Positions 1 to 9,915 of a stretch of 62,849 bases of DNA are shown piece after piece. The stretch's first letter is position 1; every line of letters starts with the position of its first letter. The DNA is from a virus. Taxonomy: Duplodnaviria > Caudoviricetes. The DNA is taken from IMG/VR virus record IMGVR_UViG_3300020451_001669, positions 1 to 62,849 of that record; one strand, given 5' to 3'. The notes under the pieces were generated by a model, which had not been told where the DNA came from, ran no database searches, and was given only the letters and a program-made list of their open reading frames with translations. Both the position numbers and the translations under genes were made by a program.

Positions 1-177
<177 letters not shown>

Positions 178-199
178 TCTGCAAGTGAAAACATGCTCA

Positions 200-238
200 G
201 ATATACTTCAGTTGTCGATCAGGCAACTGATGTATATC
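200..238. repeat. Inverted repeat (14/15 match) with GTCGAT at its centre
   Basis: gatatacttcagttg (200-214) / caactgatgtatatc (224-238). Confidence 0.7.
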
Positions 239-657
239 GAGTATTGTTACTTGGACAGGAGGCCGGTCATGTAATGCGTAGAAAAGGTCAGAAAGAATGA
301 TTGATCAATAAAGGTTTCATACTATTAGTGTATTGATGGAGTCAATGATCTACCTGTCTGATGAAGGTATGACCAAAGAGCCCTGCCGAATAGGGCCATG
401 ACAAACAGGATAGTCTAGCTGTGAGGATTCTTGGCGATCCATAGGACAGACCTTGCCACGGTAGCAAGTAATCTGGCGTTCTCAACCTATTGAGGTTTTA
501 GAGTATTGAAGTTATGACAAGTAGTTTCGATGCAGTTGAGATGAATCGAAGCCGCTAAGCCAAGAAAATTAGCCAACTCAGCCAAGTCAGGCAAGTGACT
601 CGGTAGAAACGATCAAAGAGTTTTCGTTCCTTTGGCCCCTTTCGAGGGGCTTTTTTT
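228..657 (+). ncRNA. Candidate large structured ncRNA (possibly ROOL/GOLLD-like class); 5' end uncertain
   Basis: No ORF of 60 aa or more. Complementary segments: 254-259/353-358, 265-270/369-374, 304-310/331-337, 380-384/392-396, 428-435/559-566, 452-456/464-468, 481-486/535-540, 585-589/596-600. Ends at an intrinsic terminator. Confidence 0.55.
635..657 (+). terminator. Rho-independent terminator
   Basis: GCCCCT-TTCG-AGGGGC followed by T7. Confidence 0.9.
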
Positions 658-704
658 GTGCCTGCTTACGAAAGTCCATCCTTCTAGTCGATCATCTCTA
701 TGAC

Positions 705-1724
705 ATGAGAATCATAGATGATGTGAAACTTGATTTCGATGACGTTCTGATGAGTCCTAAGCAGAGTACGATCGAATCAAGAGCAGACGTTGATCTTGAA
801 CGGACTTTCATTTGTCATCATGCAGGCAGGGAGATTACTTGTATCCCGATTGTTGCGGCGAATATGTCTTCGGTGTCAAATATCGAAGTAGCGAATGTTC
901 TAGCATCCAACAATATGCTAACTGCTCTGCCCAAAGATGAGAATTATTGGAATGAAAACTGTCCTAAGTCACATTCTTTTATGACCATTGGTTCTTCTTT
1001 GGATCCTCTCATAAACACGGATCGAAAGCCCGACATGCTATGCATCGATGTAGCAAACGGCTACATGAATAGGTTTGTAGAGCTTATTGAGCGGTCAAGA
1101 GAGATTTTGCCCGATGCCATCATTGTTGCCGGTAATGTATGCACGCCAGAAGCAACTGAGCGACTTATTTTCGCGGGAGCGGACATAATCAAGGTTGGCA
1201 TTGGCGGAGGCAGCGGATGTACAACAAGACTAAAGACAGGTGTCGGGTATCCTCAACTCTCAGCGGTTATCGAGTGTTCGGATGCGGCCCATGGATTGAA
1301 GGGTCTTGTTATGTCGGACGGTGGCTGCAGGACGCCAGCAGATATATGTAAAGCATTCGGAGCCGGAGCCGATTTCGTTATGCTCGGAGGCATGCTCGCC
1401 GGGCACGATCAAAGTCCGGGCGAGATTGTTCAAGGCAAGAACGGTAACTATTACAAAGAGTTCTACGGTATGTCTTCGCATTTGGCTCAAAAGAGGCATA
1501 ACGGCGGAGTCAAAGACTATCGATCATCAGAAGGCCGAGAAGTCCTTGTTCCCTACAGGGGCAACTTGCAGGATACGGTCAATGATATACTTGGCGGTCT
1601 TCGTTCTTGTTGCGCGTATTGCGGAGCGGAGAGATTGAAAGAACTATCGAAACGCACGACATTTGTAAGAGTTAGTCGTCAACTCAATACTGTCTATGAC
1701 CGTAGCGAGAAAATCGAGCAATGA
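705..1724 (+). CDS. guaC: GMP reductase
   Basis: N-terminal KLDFDDVL..PK.STIESRADVDL, IDVANGY, KVGIGGGSGCTTR, FYGMSS, YRSSEGREV, ILGGLRS; no CBS domains. Confidence 0.9.
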   Translation: MRIIDDVKLDFDDVLMSPKQSTIESRADVDLERTFICHHAGREITCIPIVAANMSSVSNIEVANVLASNNMLTALPKDENYWNENCPKSHSFMTIGSSLDPLINTDRKPDMLCIDVANGYMNRFVELIERSREILPDAIIVAGNVCTPEATERLIFAGADIIKVGIGGGSGCTTRLKTGVGYPQLSAVIECSDAAHGLKGLVMSDGGCRTPADICKAFGAGADFVMLGGMLAGHDQSPGEIVQGKNGNYYKEFYGMSSHLAQKRHNGGVKDYRSSEGREVLVPYRGNLQDTVNDILGGLRSCCAYCGAERLKELSKRTTFVRVSRQLNTVYDRSEKIEQ

Positions 1725-2098
1725 TGAGTTTGGCCGATATGAATACCATGCATGACTTCGAGAATATGTCCGCCTCAGATCATGAAGAAGTATCCGTTCG
1801 CTTTCTAGTGAAGTTCAGGGATGTCTATGAAGATCGTATTGCCAGCGGCGAGATAAAAGCCACTGATATCGTAGGCGAGCAATCAGTTATGGTAGAAGAC
1901 CTGCTGTTTGCCTATTTCGATTTTAGAAGAAACACTGTCCCGATACCTGTGCCGAGTCCGGAGTTTACATGCCAACAACTCATTGACTTTATCAATGATG
2001 ACGTTCTCTTGTATATCTCTGATGAAAAGCCGGAAATGCTTGAGTATGAGCCTCGCAGCGGTAGATACTTCATCTTATTTGATGACGAGGATGATTGA
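1721..2098 (+). CDS. Hypothetical acidic protein
   Basis: ATGA overlap with the guaC stop. Confidence 0.6.
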   Translation: MMSLADMNTMHDFENMSASDHEEVSVRFLVKFRDVYEDRIASGEIKATDIVGEQSVMVEDLLFAYFDFRRNTVPIPVPSPEFTCQQLIDFINDDVLLYISDEKPEMLEYEPRSGRYFILFDDEDD

Positions 2099-2833
2099 AT
2101 CGTTCATATTCACCGATGCGAAGCTATAGCTTAGGGCAGAGGCAAAAATGATCGAACTATCATTCGAAAACTCATGCAGTCTTCCAAGGTAGTTGTTCTC
2201 TACATTATTGTCAATAGGTAGACAGATTATCCATGAGCCATTCTTTTCGAGTCGGCTCATAATGTATGGGGCTATTGCAATCGGGTCTTCTTCATATTCA
2301 AGATGTCTATGAGATATGATGACATCATATTTGTCATCTGTTTGCAGAATACTGCCATATGTAGAAGTTCTCAGGTGTCTTTTGAGATGAGGAATCTGAG
2401 TTAGGCATGTCGCCTCTTCTTTCTCAAAACAACCTGTTTCAGACTCAAGATCAAGTATGCTTTTTGCAGAAGGCGAAAGCATGTCAAGCAGAGACTTTTT
2501 CTCTTCAGACATGACTTCTAGTCTTTGGAAGTGATTCTGAGTTATTGTTTGCTGAAGAAACTCGCCGTTCGCTCTCATCCTTCTTAGATGCAGGTTATGA
2601 TAGTTTTTGAGAGCAGCTTTTTTGCTTTCAGACACAAAGCAATGCTGACAGCTTTGGCATCGACGATGCTTGTAGAAGTGAAGAGGAATTTCGCTTGATT
2701 CTCCGCCGCATATTGGGCAAGCTAGCTTAGGCGAGCTTGATGGCGGACTTAAGTAGGTCGTCGTTCTCTTCAACTGAGGCCTGGTACCATCCGAGAGGCC
2801 CTTTATCGATGAATAGTCGAAGGGTGTTTTCAT
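2075..2833 (-). CDS. Zn-ribbon plus degenerate class I SAM methyltransferase-like protein (start uncertain)
   Basis: CPICG..RCQSCQH; SILDLESETG (motif I-like); KYDVIISHRHLEY.EDP...LEKNG.WII.LP. Confidence 0.55.
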   Translation of the reverse strand: MKTPFDYSSIKGLSDGTRPQLKRTTTYLSPPSSSPKLACPICGGESSEIPLHFYKHRRCQSCQHCFVSESKKAALKNYHNLHLRRMRANGEFLQQTITQNHFQRLEVMSEEKKSLLDMLSPSAKSILDLESETGCFEKEEATCLTQIPHLKRHLRTSTYGSILQTDDKYDVIISHRHLEYEEDPIAIAPYIMSRLEKNGSWIICLPIDNNVENNYLGRLHEFSNDSSIIFASALSYSFASVNMNDSIILVIK

Positions 2834-3341
2834 ATAGTTGTATCCATTCCTGAGCTTCTTGCTGGCTAGCCTTCTTAAGAGTTTTGCGACAGTAACCAGT
2901 CTTAGCTTCAGCTTCTTCTTCTGCCTTTTTTCTTAGATCTCGCCATTCATCAATTGTGTCAGCTACCGGTCCCCAGTGAAGCATTTGCTTATCAGAGGAC
3001 AGGCACCAGTAATCAACGTTGAACTCGCAGGCTTTCAGAAGCCCCTTGGTGAACTTGACAGCCTTGGGATTGAAGCCTTCTTCTTCTAGATCGCGGAACG
3101 GAATATTGAATGGCCCCATTGGGCCTTTCTCGATTGCTAGAAGATCGCCGGAATCAAAAGAGCATTTGACCAGTAGCTCAACCTCTCGAATGGGAGTCTC
3201 CTTGTTGCGGATACATTCCGCATAGGTTCCCCATGTCAATAGCTCTTCAACTCCTGGGAGAGAAGATATTTTGACAGAGCTTTCTTTGAGCATTGGCTCA
3301 AGTTCTCTGACGGTCGGCATGATGCGGTTGTACCAGCCCAT
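2727..3341 (-). CDS. Hypothetical protein, possible degenerate nucleotidyltransferase fold
   Basis: GVEELLTWGTYA...EVELLV resembles the GS..DxD motif of MNT/Pol-beta enzymes; starts with MGWY. Confidence 0.5.
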   Translation of the reverse strand: MGWYNRIMPTVRELEPMLKESSVKISSLPGVEELLTWGTYAECIRNKETPIREVELLVKCSFDSGDLLAIEKGPMGPFNIPFRDLEEEGFNPKAVKFTKGLLKACEFNVDYWCLSSDKQMLHWGPVADTIDEWRDLRKKAEEEAEAKTGYCRKTLKKASQQEAQEWIQLYENTLRLFIDKGPLGWYQASVEENDDLLKSAIKLA

Positions 3342-3483
3342 GATTCTAAGTAGTTCGTGTATTCACGCTTATCCTTTATTCGTTCTTCGACATTTTGGCT
3401 GTTTGGGATCAGAGTTGTTCTCAGCAAGTGTATCTGTTTTTCGGTATCATTTCTTCTGGACGCTAACATATGAGTTGTGAAAT

Positions 3484-3906
3484 ATGACACAGATAAAGCG
3501 ATTGAAAACGCAAGCGGCAGACGCAATCGAAGGTATAGACAGCTTGATGAAGTCGTTGAGAGTCTCTCAACAGATGTATCAGGATTCCAGCACTATTTAT
3601 CCTCCCAATCTTGATCGGATGATTGACGAGGTTGGCAGAGACTTTAGTTGCCTCACCCGTCGCTGGCGACTTCTTATCACCCGCCTAGACGACATTGAAA
3701 AGCAAGGCGATTACAACGCAGACATTATGGCTCGTGCCATAGGGGATTTCAGAGACATTCGCATGCTCTATATTCAAGGGCTTGCGAAGGTTGATGAAAT
3801 CCTCTTTGAGTTTCAAGCAATCGACGATGTTGACCGGGCGTTATTCCAAGAGAGTGACTTTCTTGAGGACTTTGGTCCATCGGACGATGAAGAACTCTAT
3901 GAATGA
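3484..3906 (+). CDS. Hypothetical helical protein
   Basis: 140-aa ORF overlapping the thyA start. Confidence 0.6.
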   Translation: MTQIKRLKTQAADAIEGIDSLMKSLRVSQQMYQDSSTIYPPNLDRMIDEVGRDFSCLTRRWRLLITRLDDIEKQGDYNADIMARAIGDFRDIRMLYIQGLAKVDEILFEFQAIDDVDRALFQESDFLEDFGPSDDEELYE

Positions 3907-4690
3907 CCATCCTGAATATCAGTATCTCGACCTCCTAGAAGACCTGCTCAAAAGCGGAACGCTCAAAGGCGATCGAACTGGAACGGGCACCCATGCCTTA
4001 TTCGGTTATCAGATGAGGTTTGACCTGCAAAAGGGTTTTCCCTTGCTGACAACCAAGAAGTTGCATACTCGCTCAATTTTCCATGAGCTTCTCTGGTTCC
4101 TTAGAGGCGATACGAATGTTCGCTATCTTCAGGAGAACGGCGTAACCATTTGGGATGAATGGGCCGATGAGAACGGCGACCTCGGTCCGGTCTACGGCAA
4201 GCAATGGAGAGATTTCAATGGGGTCGATCAGATTGCAGATGTCATTCATTCGCTGAAGACGAACCCAAACTCAAGGCGTCATATCGTTACTGCCTGGAAC
4301 CCCGTTGAGGTTCCGAGCATGGCTTTGCCTCCTTGCCATTGCCTATTCCAATTCTATGTTGCTGATGGCAAGCTCTCTTGTCAGTTGTATCAAAGAAGCT
4401 GCGATACATTCTTGGGCGTACCTTTCAATATAGCTAGCTATGCGCTGTTGACGCACATGATGGCAAAGGTCTGCGATCTGGATGTTGGAGACTTTGTTTG
4501 GACCGGAGGCGATGTTCATCTTTACCTGAACCATTTTGATCAAGCGAAGACGCAGCTATTGAGAGAGCCTCGACCATTTCCAGCCCTAAAACTTGCTGAC
4601 AGAGAATCGATCAGCGACTTTGAGTACGAAGACATCGAGATTATTGGTTACGATCCTCACCCGAGCATTTCTGCACCTATATCCGTATGA
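3899..4690 (+). CDS. thyA: Thymidylate synthase (likely start ATG 3899)
   Basis: [62 protein letters not shown]. Confidence 0.97.
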   Translation: MNDHPEYQYLDLLEDLLKSGTLKGDRTGTGTHALFGYQMRFDLQKGFPLLTTKKLHTRSIFHELLWFLRGDTNVRYLQENGVTIWDEWADENGDLGPVYGKQWRDFNGVDQIADVIHSLKTNPNSRRHIVTAWNPVEVPSMALPPCHCLFQFYVADGKLSCQLYQRSCDTFLGVPFNIASYALLTHMMAKVCDLDVGDFVWTGGDVHLYLNHFDQAKTQLLREPRPFPALKLADRESISDFEYEDIEIIGYDPHPSISAPISV

Positions 4691-5199
4691 TAAATCTGAT
4701 TGTTGCAACATCTGAGAACGGCTGCATAGGTCGAGACGGACTGCTCCCTTGGAACAAGCAGAAGTCCGACATGAAGAACTTCCGGGCACTAACGCTTGGG
4801 CACCCGGTCATTATGGGGCGAAAGACATACGAGAGCATTCCCTTCGATCTTGACGATCGATATCAGATCGTCTTGACAAGAGCGGGAAGCATTGGTCATG
4901 GGCAGAACTTCTGCGGCCTTGGCAATACTTGTATTGCGACAAATGTTGACGAGGCTCTCAGTATAGCTTCATCGTTTGATGCCGATCCATTTGTTATAGG
5001 CGGCGCTGAGGTTTATAAGCTTTTCCTACCTGTTGCTGATCGTATCTTCAGGACGATCATACATGCAGAGATCGAAGGGGACGCCTTCTTTAATGTTCCA
5101 GAAGGTTGGACTCTAGTAGAGGAAAAGAGACATTCCTCAGATACAAACAATGAGTATGACTACACTTACCAGCTTTTCCAAAGAGTTACAGGGAGCTAA
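4687..5199 (+). CDS. folA: Dihydrofolate reductase
   Basis: [41 protein letters not shown]. Confidence 0.95.
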   Translation: MINLIVATSENGCIGRDGLLPWNKQKSDMKNFRALTLGHPVIMGRKTYESIPFDLDDRYQIVLTRAGSIGHGQNFCGLGNTCIATNVDEALSIASSFDADPFVIGGAEVYKLFLPVADRIFRTIIHAEIEGDAFFNVPEGWTLVEEKRHSSDTNNEYDYTYQLFQRVTGS

Positions 5200-5788
5200 T
5201 CTATTCCTTCTCGTTGACCTTGAGGCAACGTGTTGGGAACGCCGTAAGGTGAGAGATAAGAACGAGATCATTGAAATCGGTATTTGCGTCTGCAATACTG
5301 ATGGGGAGATACTTGGTAAGTATCAGTCGTTCATTCGCCCTCGAATCAATCCAAAGCTATCTGGTTTCTGCAAGAAGCTGACTGGTATATCTCAGCAAGA
5401 CATCGATGCTGCCGAGATCCTCTCTGTTGTCATGGCAGATGTCCATGATTGGGCGGAGACTAAGTTTTCCGCGGATTTGAAGACAATCAAATGGGGATCA
5501 TGGGGCAACTGGGATGTCGCTTGCATAGAAAGAGACTGCAATAGGCACAATCTAGACTTTCCTTTTTCAGATCATATCTGCTTGAAAGTTCTTTATGAAG
5601 AGCTTCGAGGCGTCGAATGCGGACTAAAAGAGGCCGTTCGTAGAGAAGGCTTTGAATGGGAAGGGTCTGAGCATCGAGCCCTAGACGATGCTTACAACTC
5701 TCATAAGATTGCCAAGTTGCTTCTTACTGAGCATCCAGACCCGACATCATCTGAACATGATGAACCCCTCGACGGCCAGTCTGATTGA
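5150..5788 (+). CDS. DEDDh 3'-5' exonuclease (ERI-1/KapD-like); start uncertain
   Basis: VDLEATCW, EIIEIG, FIRP..NPKLS.FCKKLTGISQ, HRALDDA. Confidence 0.9.
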   Translation: MSMTTLTSFSKELQGANLFLLVDLEATCWERRKVRDKNEIIEIGICVCNTDGEILGKYQSFIRPRINPKLSGFCKKLTGISQQDIDAAEILSVVMADVHDWAETKFSADLKTIKWGSWGNWDVACIERDCNRHNLDFPFSDHICLKVLYEELRGVECGLKEAVRREGFEWEGSEHRALDDAYNSHKIAKLLLTEHPDPTSSEHDEPLDGQSD

Positions 5789-6491
5789 ACCACTTCGAGT
5801 CTTGCATTTCTCTCGCAGCATCGCCGTAATCTCTCCGCTTGAGGGCATCAAGAAGCTTGGGAAAGCTCTTGAGTTTTGGCCCTAGGGTATGAGCCATGTC
5901 TGCGATGAGCATCTGAACTTGTTGAGGATGAGAGCCTAGATCGGGTACTGCCGCTACCGCGTCATCGATGGCTCTCTGACTTGTTATCTGAAGCAGTCTT
6001 TCCATTTGCTGATCGCTGAGCCCCTGGGTTCCGTTGTAGACTGCATCGAAGTTTGCTCCGACGCTTTCTATTTCTCCGCGAGAAACAGCGTTACCCAAGT
6101 AATATCCGTATCCCACCGATCTGCTATCTGCATCCGGATATGAGCGAGAGCGCTTACCCTCCCATTGCGCGATGAACGGAGCCAACTGCTCCGCAGAAAT
6201 CAGGCTTGAAGTTTGCTGTTCTTCTTGCGGCTGAGAGGGCGGCTGGGTCTGTTGTTCTTGTTGAACCTGCTGAATAACTTCAGGCGGAGCTTGCTCTACA
6301 ATCTGTTGAGCCCTAGCCGGGTCTGTATTTATGAGGGTTTGAGCCTCTTGAGGCGTTGTCCCTAGTGAATGAACGATGATACCTACAGCAAGTGGGGCTG
6401 CGAGGCCCGCTCCTTGCATAAGTCCCCTGAACGTGCCTGACCAGTCAAAGGCCATCTTTTCTTCCGCTAATAGGGTTCGATACCAATTCAT
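5724..6491 (-). CDS. GH24-type lysozyme with N-terminal hydrophobic and Gln/Pro-rich extension (likely start MNWY)
   Basis: WEG.R.R.YPD....SVGYG catalytic region; FPKLLDAL...DY..AA.EM.DSKW..QTGRR C-terminus. Confidence 0.8.
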   Translation of the reverse strand: MNWYRTLLAEEKMAFDWSGTFRGLMQGAGLAAPLAVGIIVHSLGTTPQEAQTLINTDPARAQQIVEQAPPEVIQQVQQEQQTQPPSQPQEEQQTSSLISAEQLAPFIAQWEGKRSRSYPDADSRSVGYGYYLGNAVSRGEIESVGANFDAVYNGTQGLSDQQMERLLQITSQRAIDDAVAAVPDLGSHPQQVQMLIADMAHTLGPKLKSFPKLLDALKRRDYGDAAREMQDSKWFNQTGRRGVHHVQMMSGLDAQ

Positions 6492-6500
6492 ACCATGTCT

Positions 6501-6526
6501 TTCGACCACCTGCTTGAAGATACCTT
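6501..6526 (-). promoter_or_regulatory. Putative phage promoter AAGG-N16-GTCGAA
   Basis: The same motif lies upstream of nrdJ and 47797; here it is 10 nt from the lysozyme ATG. Confidence 0.45.
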
Positions 6527-6556
6527 GCGTGACTGGTCGATAGTTTGAGCTAAGAG

Positions 6557-6916
6557 GTGGCGATAAAGAGTGAAAGACTAAAGGAGATACCCATGCCCCT
6601 ACCCCAAGAAACGCTGTCTAAACTGAAGGTTCAAGCCCTTGAAACGGCTGACAATATCATGAAGCAAATCCTCGATGCTTATCACAATCCGCAGATAAGC
6701 CTGAGCGGAGAGGCCCTGAAGATATGGAACGAGCTTGAGGAATGGGGCTTTCTGGAGGATTATCCCATTGATGACCCGAATACACACATGATGTATCGTC
6801 GTATGCTAGCGATGAACCAGTTTAGACATCTCAGATGGAACGAAGAGCATCCTCCTTCTGAGAAAAAGAAGATGTCAAAATGGGAAAAGGTTACAGGAAG
6901 AGCCGCTCGCAAATAA
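6557..6916 (+). CDS. Hypothetical protein
   Basis: ORF with AAGGAG before an in-frame ATG. Confidence 0.6.
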   Translation: MAIKSERLKEIPMPLPQETLSKLKVQALETADNIMKQILDAYHNPQISLSGEALKIWNELEEWGFLEDYPIDDPNTHMMYRRMLAMNQFRHLRWNEEHPPSEKKKMSKWEKVTGRAARK

Positions 6917-7125
6917 TACTGCCTCCAATATCATTCTTTGCTGATTTGGGCAAGGAATCATTCCAAATTAGCGAAATGCTTATGAGGCGGCATCTTCCTC
7001 ATGAGTTCGTGTTGACCGATGAGGTTTTTCTGCTCTCTGTCCAAGGCAAGAGAGATTTAGAAGGATTTACTCGGATTCGATCGTACTTGACTAACTACGA
7101 GTACATCTTTGACTCGCGAGGATGA
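6880..7125 (+). CDS. Small hypothetical protein
   Basis: Fills the gap between neighbouring genes; no motif. Confidence 0.35.
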   Translation: MGKGYRKSRSQIILPPISFFADLGKESFQISEMLMRRHLPHEFVLTDEVFLLSVQGKRDLEGFTRIRSYLTNYEYIFDSRG

Positions 7126-7128
7126 AGC

Positions 7129-7470
7129 ATGTTCTGGATATCTGTCATATCAGCCATCGGTATTGCTCTAATACTGGTTGAAAAGAGCGAAGATTGGCCG
7201 ATATCATCCTTCATTCCTCATATAAAAAACACGCTGGCAGTATTTCATGAGAAGCTGCCAGATATGCTGGAATGCACGATATGCACGGCATTCTGGTCTG
7301 CCTTGCTGACGGATTTGTTCTTGTTGGTCGCAACCGGCAGCTATTTTCTATGGCCTTTGACAGGATTTGCAGCAGCAGGACTTGTTTGGGTCACTTACCA
7401 GCTACTAAATGCTTTGGAGGCAAAGGATGTTCAACAGGAAGAACTCGAAGAGTCGGAAGAGAACGCCTAG
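7129..7470 (+). CDS. Small membrane protein (DUF1360-like CxxC..FW motif)
   Basis: Hydrophobic helices, LECTICTAFW. Confidence 0.55.
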   Translation: MFWISVISAIGIALILVEKSEDWPISSFIPHIKNTLAVFHEKLPDMLECTICTAFWSALLTDLFLLVATGSYFLWPLTGFAAAGLVWVTYQLLNALEAKDVQQEELEESEENA

Positions 7471-8488
7471 ACGTTCAATACTCAGTATCATAATGATGGT
7501 AGTCCTTATGGGCGGTTACATGGGTTATGCTATGCATATTCCAGGTTGCTCTTGGGGTTCTGGCGGCAGGCAAGTGGGCGAGCCAGTCGAAACTCCTGAT
7601 CTAACTCAGGAGCGAGATAGCGTTGAAAGAGATGCCGCCACCGTTGGCGAGATAGCGGATTCTGTAGACGAATCTGCGGATGCCATTGACAATGAAACCG
7701 ATGCCGTCCGAGGAGCGGTTGATCCTGACACTGGCTCTGCCATTGAGCCTAACTTGGACAATATCAACAATGAGACTAGGGCTCTCAGAGATGATAGTGC
7801 AGAGCTAAGGAGAGTTCAAAATTCTCTCGAAGAGACAAAGAACGCGCTCTCTGACGAGCAAGGAAAGGTTGATGAGCTAGAATCAGCGGCCAGAACTTCA
7901 TTGGCGGAAATCGAGTCTCTTAAGGACGAAAACGCTGATCTTAGAAGTAAGGCTTCTCAGCTTTTCAAAGAAAAGATGGCCTGGATTGGTGTCATATCGG
8001 TCTTTGGCATAGGAGCGTGTATTATCCTAGCATTCTTGACTCGTAGCATGACAGCGACTCTTATCGCGATAGGTTTTGTCGTCACGCTAGGCGTTTCGAT
8101 AGCGGTTTCCCTCTATATGTCAGCTATCGCATGGATTACTATCGCTATTGCTGGCGTTGCAGTAGTCGGCGTCCTAGGCTATATGGGCTACAATACGTTT
8201 GTTCAGAACAAGTCGGTCGATGAACTTGTCCAAACTGGAGAAGTCACGAAGAACTACCTTTCTCAGGAAGCAAGGGATTACATCTTCGGTAGAGGAGCGG
8301 AGCCCGGCGTTGCCGACCAAGTTCAGTCGAAGGATACTAAGAAGCTGGTGCGTCAGATAAGAAGTTATAATGGCGTCAAGCGGAAGTTCGATCTTGCACC
8401 TCGCGAACCGCAAGCGGCAAGGCTTCCAAGAGTACCTGAAAGTCAAACATACGTTCTAGATCAGGCTCAAGAAGCCCCATCCTACTAA
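7427..8488 (+). CDS. Membrane protein: signal/TM segment, coiled coil, three C-terminal TM helices
   Basis: GGAGG RBS at 7416-7420; basic N-terminus, hydrophobic segment, IPGC; heptad region; three hydrophobic segments. Confidence 0.65.
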   Translation: MFNRKNSKSRKRTPRRSILSIIMMVVLMGGYMGYAMHIPGCSWGSGGRQVGEPVETPDLTQERDSVERDAATVGEIADSVDESADAIDNETDAVRGAVDPDTGSAIEPNLDNINNETRALRDDSAELRRVQNSLEETKNALSDEQGKVDELESAARTSLAEIESLKDENADLRSKASQLFKEKMAWIGVISVFGIGACIILAFLTRSMTATLIAIGFVVTLGVSIAVSLYMSAIAWITIAIAGVAVVGVLGYMGYNTFVQNKSVDELVQTGEVTKNYLSQEARDYIFGRGAEPGVADQVQSKDTKKLVRQIRSYNGVKRKFDLAPREPQAARLPRVPESQTYVLDQAQEAPSY

Positions 8489-8530
8489 TACAGATGACCA
8501 AACAAATTCATTACCAGGAGAGTTGCAAAA

Positions 8531-9355
8531 TTGCAGACGCAGATAGACCAATCAGTAGTGGAGGAGAGGCTGTGGACCGAGTTTGATAAGGTTCGCCATC
8601 TCGCAAAGCAGAGCAAGTCCTATATCAAGGCTCGCAATGATCTCATTGAGCATTACTATGAGATCGTCGAAGGTATAAGCCGTCGCCTTGCTCGCAAGCT
8701 CAAGGAAATCACAGCGGAAGAGATAGCATCCTATGGGGTCGATGGCTTGATAGATGCGATCGAGTCGTTTGATAGAAATCGAGATGTGAAGTTCAAAACC
8801 TGGGCCACGATTCGCATTCGGGGCTCTGTCATTGACAATATTCGCAAGTCGGACTGGGTTCCTCGCCTTGTTCGTCAGAGATATTCAAAGCTCGAAGAGG
8901 TCAAGAACCGTATCGAGTCGGCTCACGGCGGAGCAACCGATCAGGAGGTTGCGAAAGAGCTTGGCATCAGCGTTGAAGAGTATGTTGAACTCGCTCGAAA
9001 ATCAACGCCAATAAGCCAGGTTAGTATGAACGCAAAGCCGAGAGGCGATCGCAGCGATGAATACGATGAACTTGGCGACATTGCTACCGAGGCCGAGACT
9101 ACTTCTCCGGATGACAATCTTCTTCGGGAGGAGATGTATAAGAAGCTATTGGGCAAGAATTTTACCCGGCCAGAGCGTCACATTATCTACCTGCATTACT
9201 ATGAGAACTTGACGATGAAGGAGATCGCTGAGCATACCGGCTTTTCTGAGTCAAGAATCAGTCAGATGCATGCCGATATAATTCGTAGGCTCAAGAAGAA
9301 AGTGGAGCGCAATCCGGCATATGCTGCTGACTTGCAAAGGTTGCTAGAGACATGA
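8531..9355 (+). CDS. FliA/WhiG-family (sigma-28-like) RNA polymerase sigma factor
   Basis: GLIDAIESFD..R.VKFKTWA..RIRGSVID.IR..DWVPRLVR; YYENLTMKEIA...GFSESRISQMH. Confidence 0.92.
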   Translation: MQTQIDQSVVEERLWTEFDKVRHLAKQSKSYIKARNDLIEHYYEIVEGISRRLARKLKEITAEEIASYGVDGLIDAIESFDRNRDVKFKTWATIRIRGSVIDNIRKSDWVPRLVRQRYSKLEEVKNRIESAHGGATDQEVAKELGISVEEYVELARKSTPISQVSMNAKPRGDRSDEYDELGDIATEAETTSPDDNLLREEMYKKLLGKNFTRPERHIIYLHYYENLTMKEIAEHTGFSESRISQMHADIIRRLKKKVERNPAYAADLQRLLET

Positions 9356-9915
9356 TCAGATTGCTGATTGGAGACATCACGAAGCTGCGAGACGTTGAAG
9401 TCATTGTCAACGCGGCAAATGGCATTGGCGTTATGGGCGCAGGCGTTGCAGGTGCTATCGCTCGCTCAGGCGGCGAAGCATTCTGCGATGAGGTCCGAGA
9501 GATCGGTCGCAGCCAAGGCCCATTTGCTCCCGGCAGCGTTTATGCGTCGAGTTCTGGCGCGATGAACAAGATGGGCATTCAGGCCGTCTATCACGCCGTG
9601 ACGATGATGTATCCGGGCACGCAGTCATCCATTGATGATGTCGTTCAATCGGTCAGGAACACCTGTAAGCAAGCAATCGAAGACGGACGCAAGTCAATCG
9701 CATTTCCCGGTTTGGGAACAGGAATCGGAGGACTCAATAAGCGTCAGGTCGCTCAAAGAATGGCGACAGTCCTTTTTGAGTATCATTCCCAAATCGATAT
9801 TACTGTAGTAGACATCAACGAAGATTTTGTTCTCCTGGTAAAGGAGGCTCTAGGAGTAAAGCGAGAACCCAATAATGACCTCGAACCTGAACAAGCCAAC
9901 TCTAGTACTGAATAG
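9352..9915 (+). CDS. Macrodomain (ADP-ribose binding/hydrolase) protein
   Basis: GDIT, IVNAAN..G.MGAGVAGAI, SIAFPGLGTGIGG. Confidence 0.92.
   Translation: MIRLLIGDITKLRDVEVIVNAANGIGVMGAGVAGAIARSGGEAFCDEVREIGRSQGPFAPGSVYASSSGAMNKMGIQAVYHAVTMMYPGTQSSIDDVVQSVRNTCKQAIEDGRKSIAFPGLGTGIGGLNKRQVAQRMATVLFEYHSQIDITVVDINEDFVLLVKEALGVKREPNNDLEPEQANSSTE

Noticed and set aside
705-1724. IMP dehydrogenase (guaB)
   Set aside because: The length, absence of CBS domains and the IDVANGY/FYGMSS/SEGR motifs fit GMP reductase.
5150-5199. folA-exonuclease frameshift fusion
   Set aside because: A 50-nt overlap exists, but there is no convincing slippery site and upstream ATGs can explain initiation.
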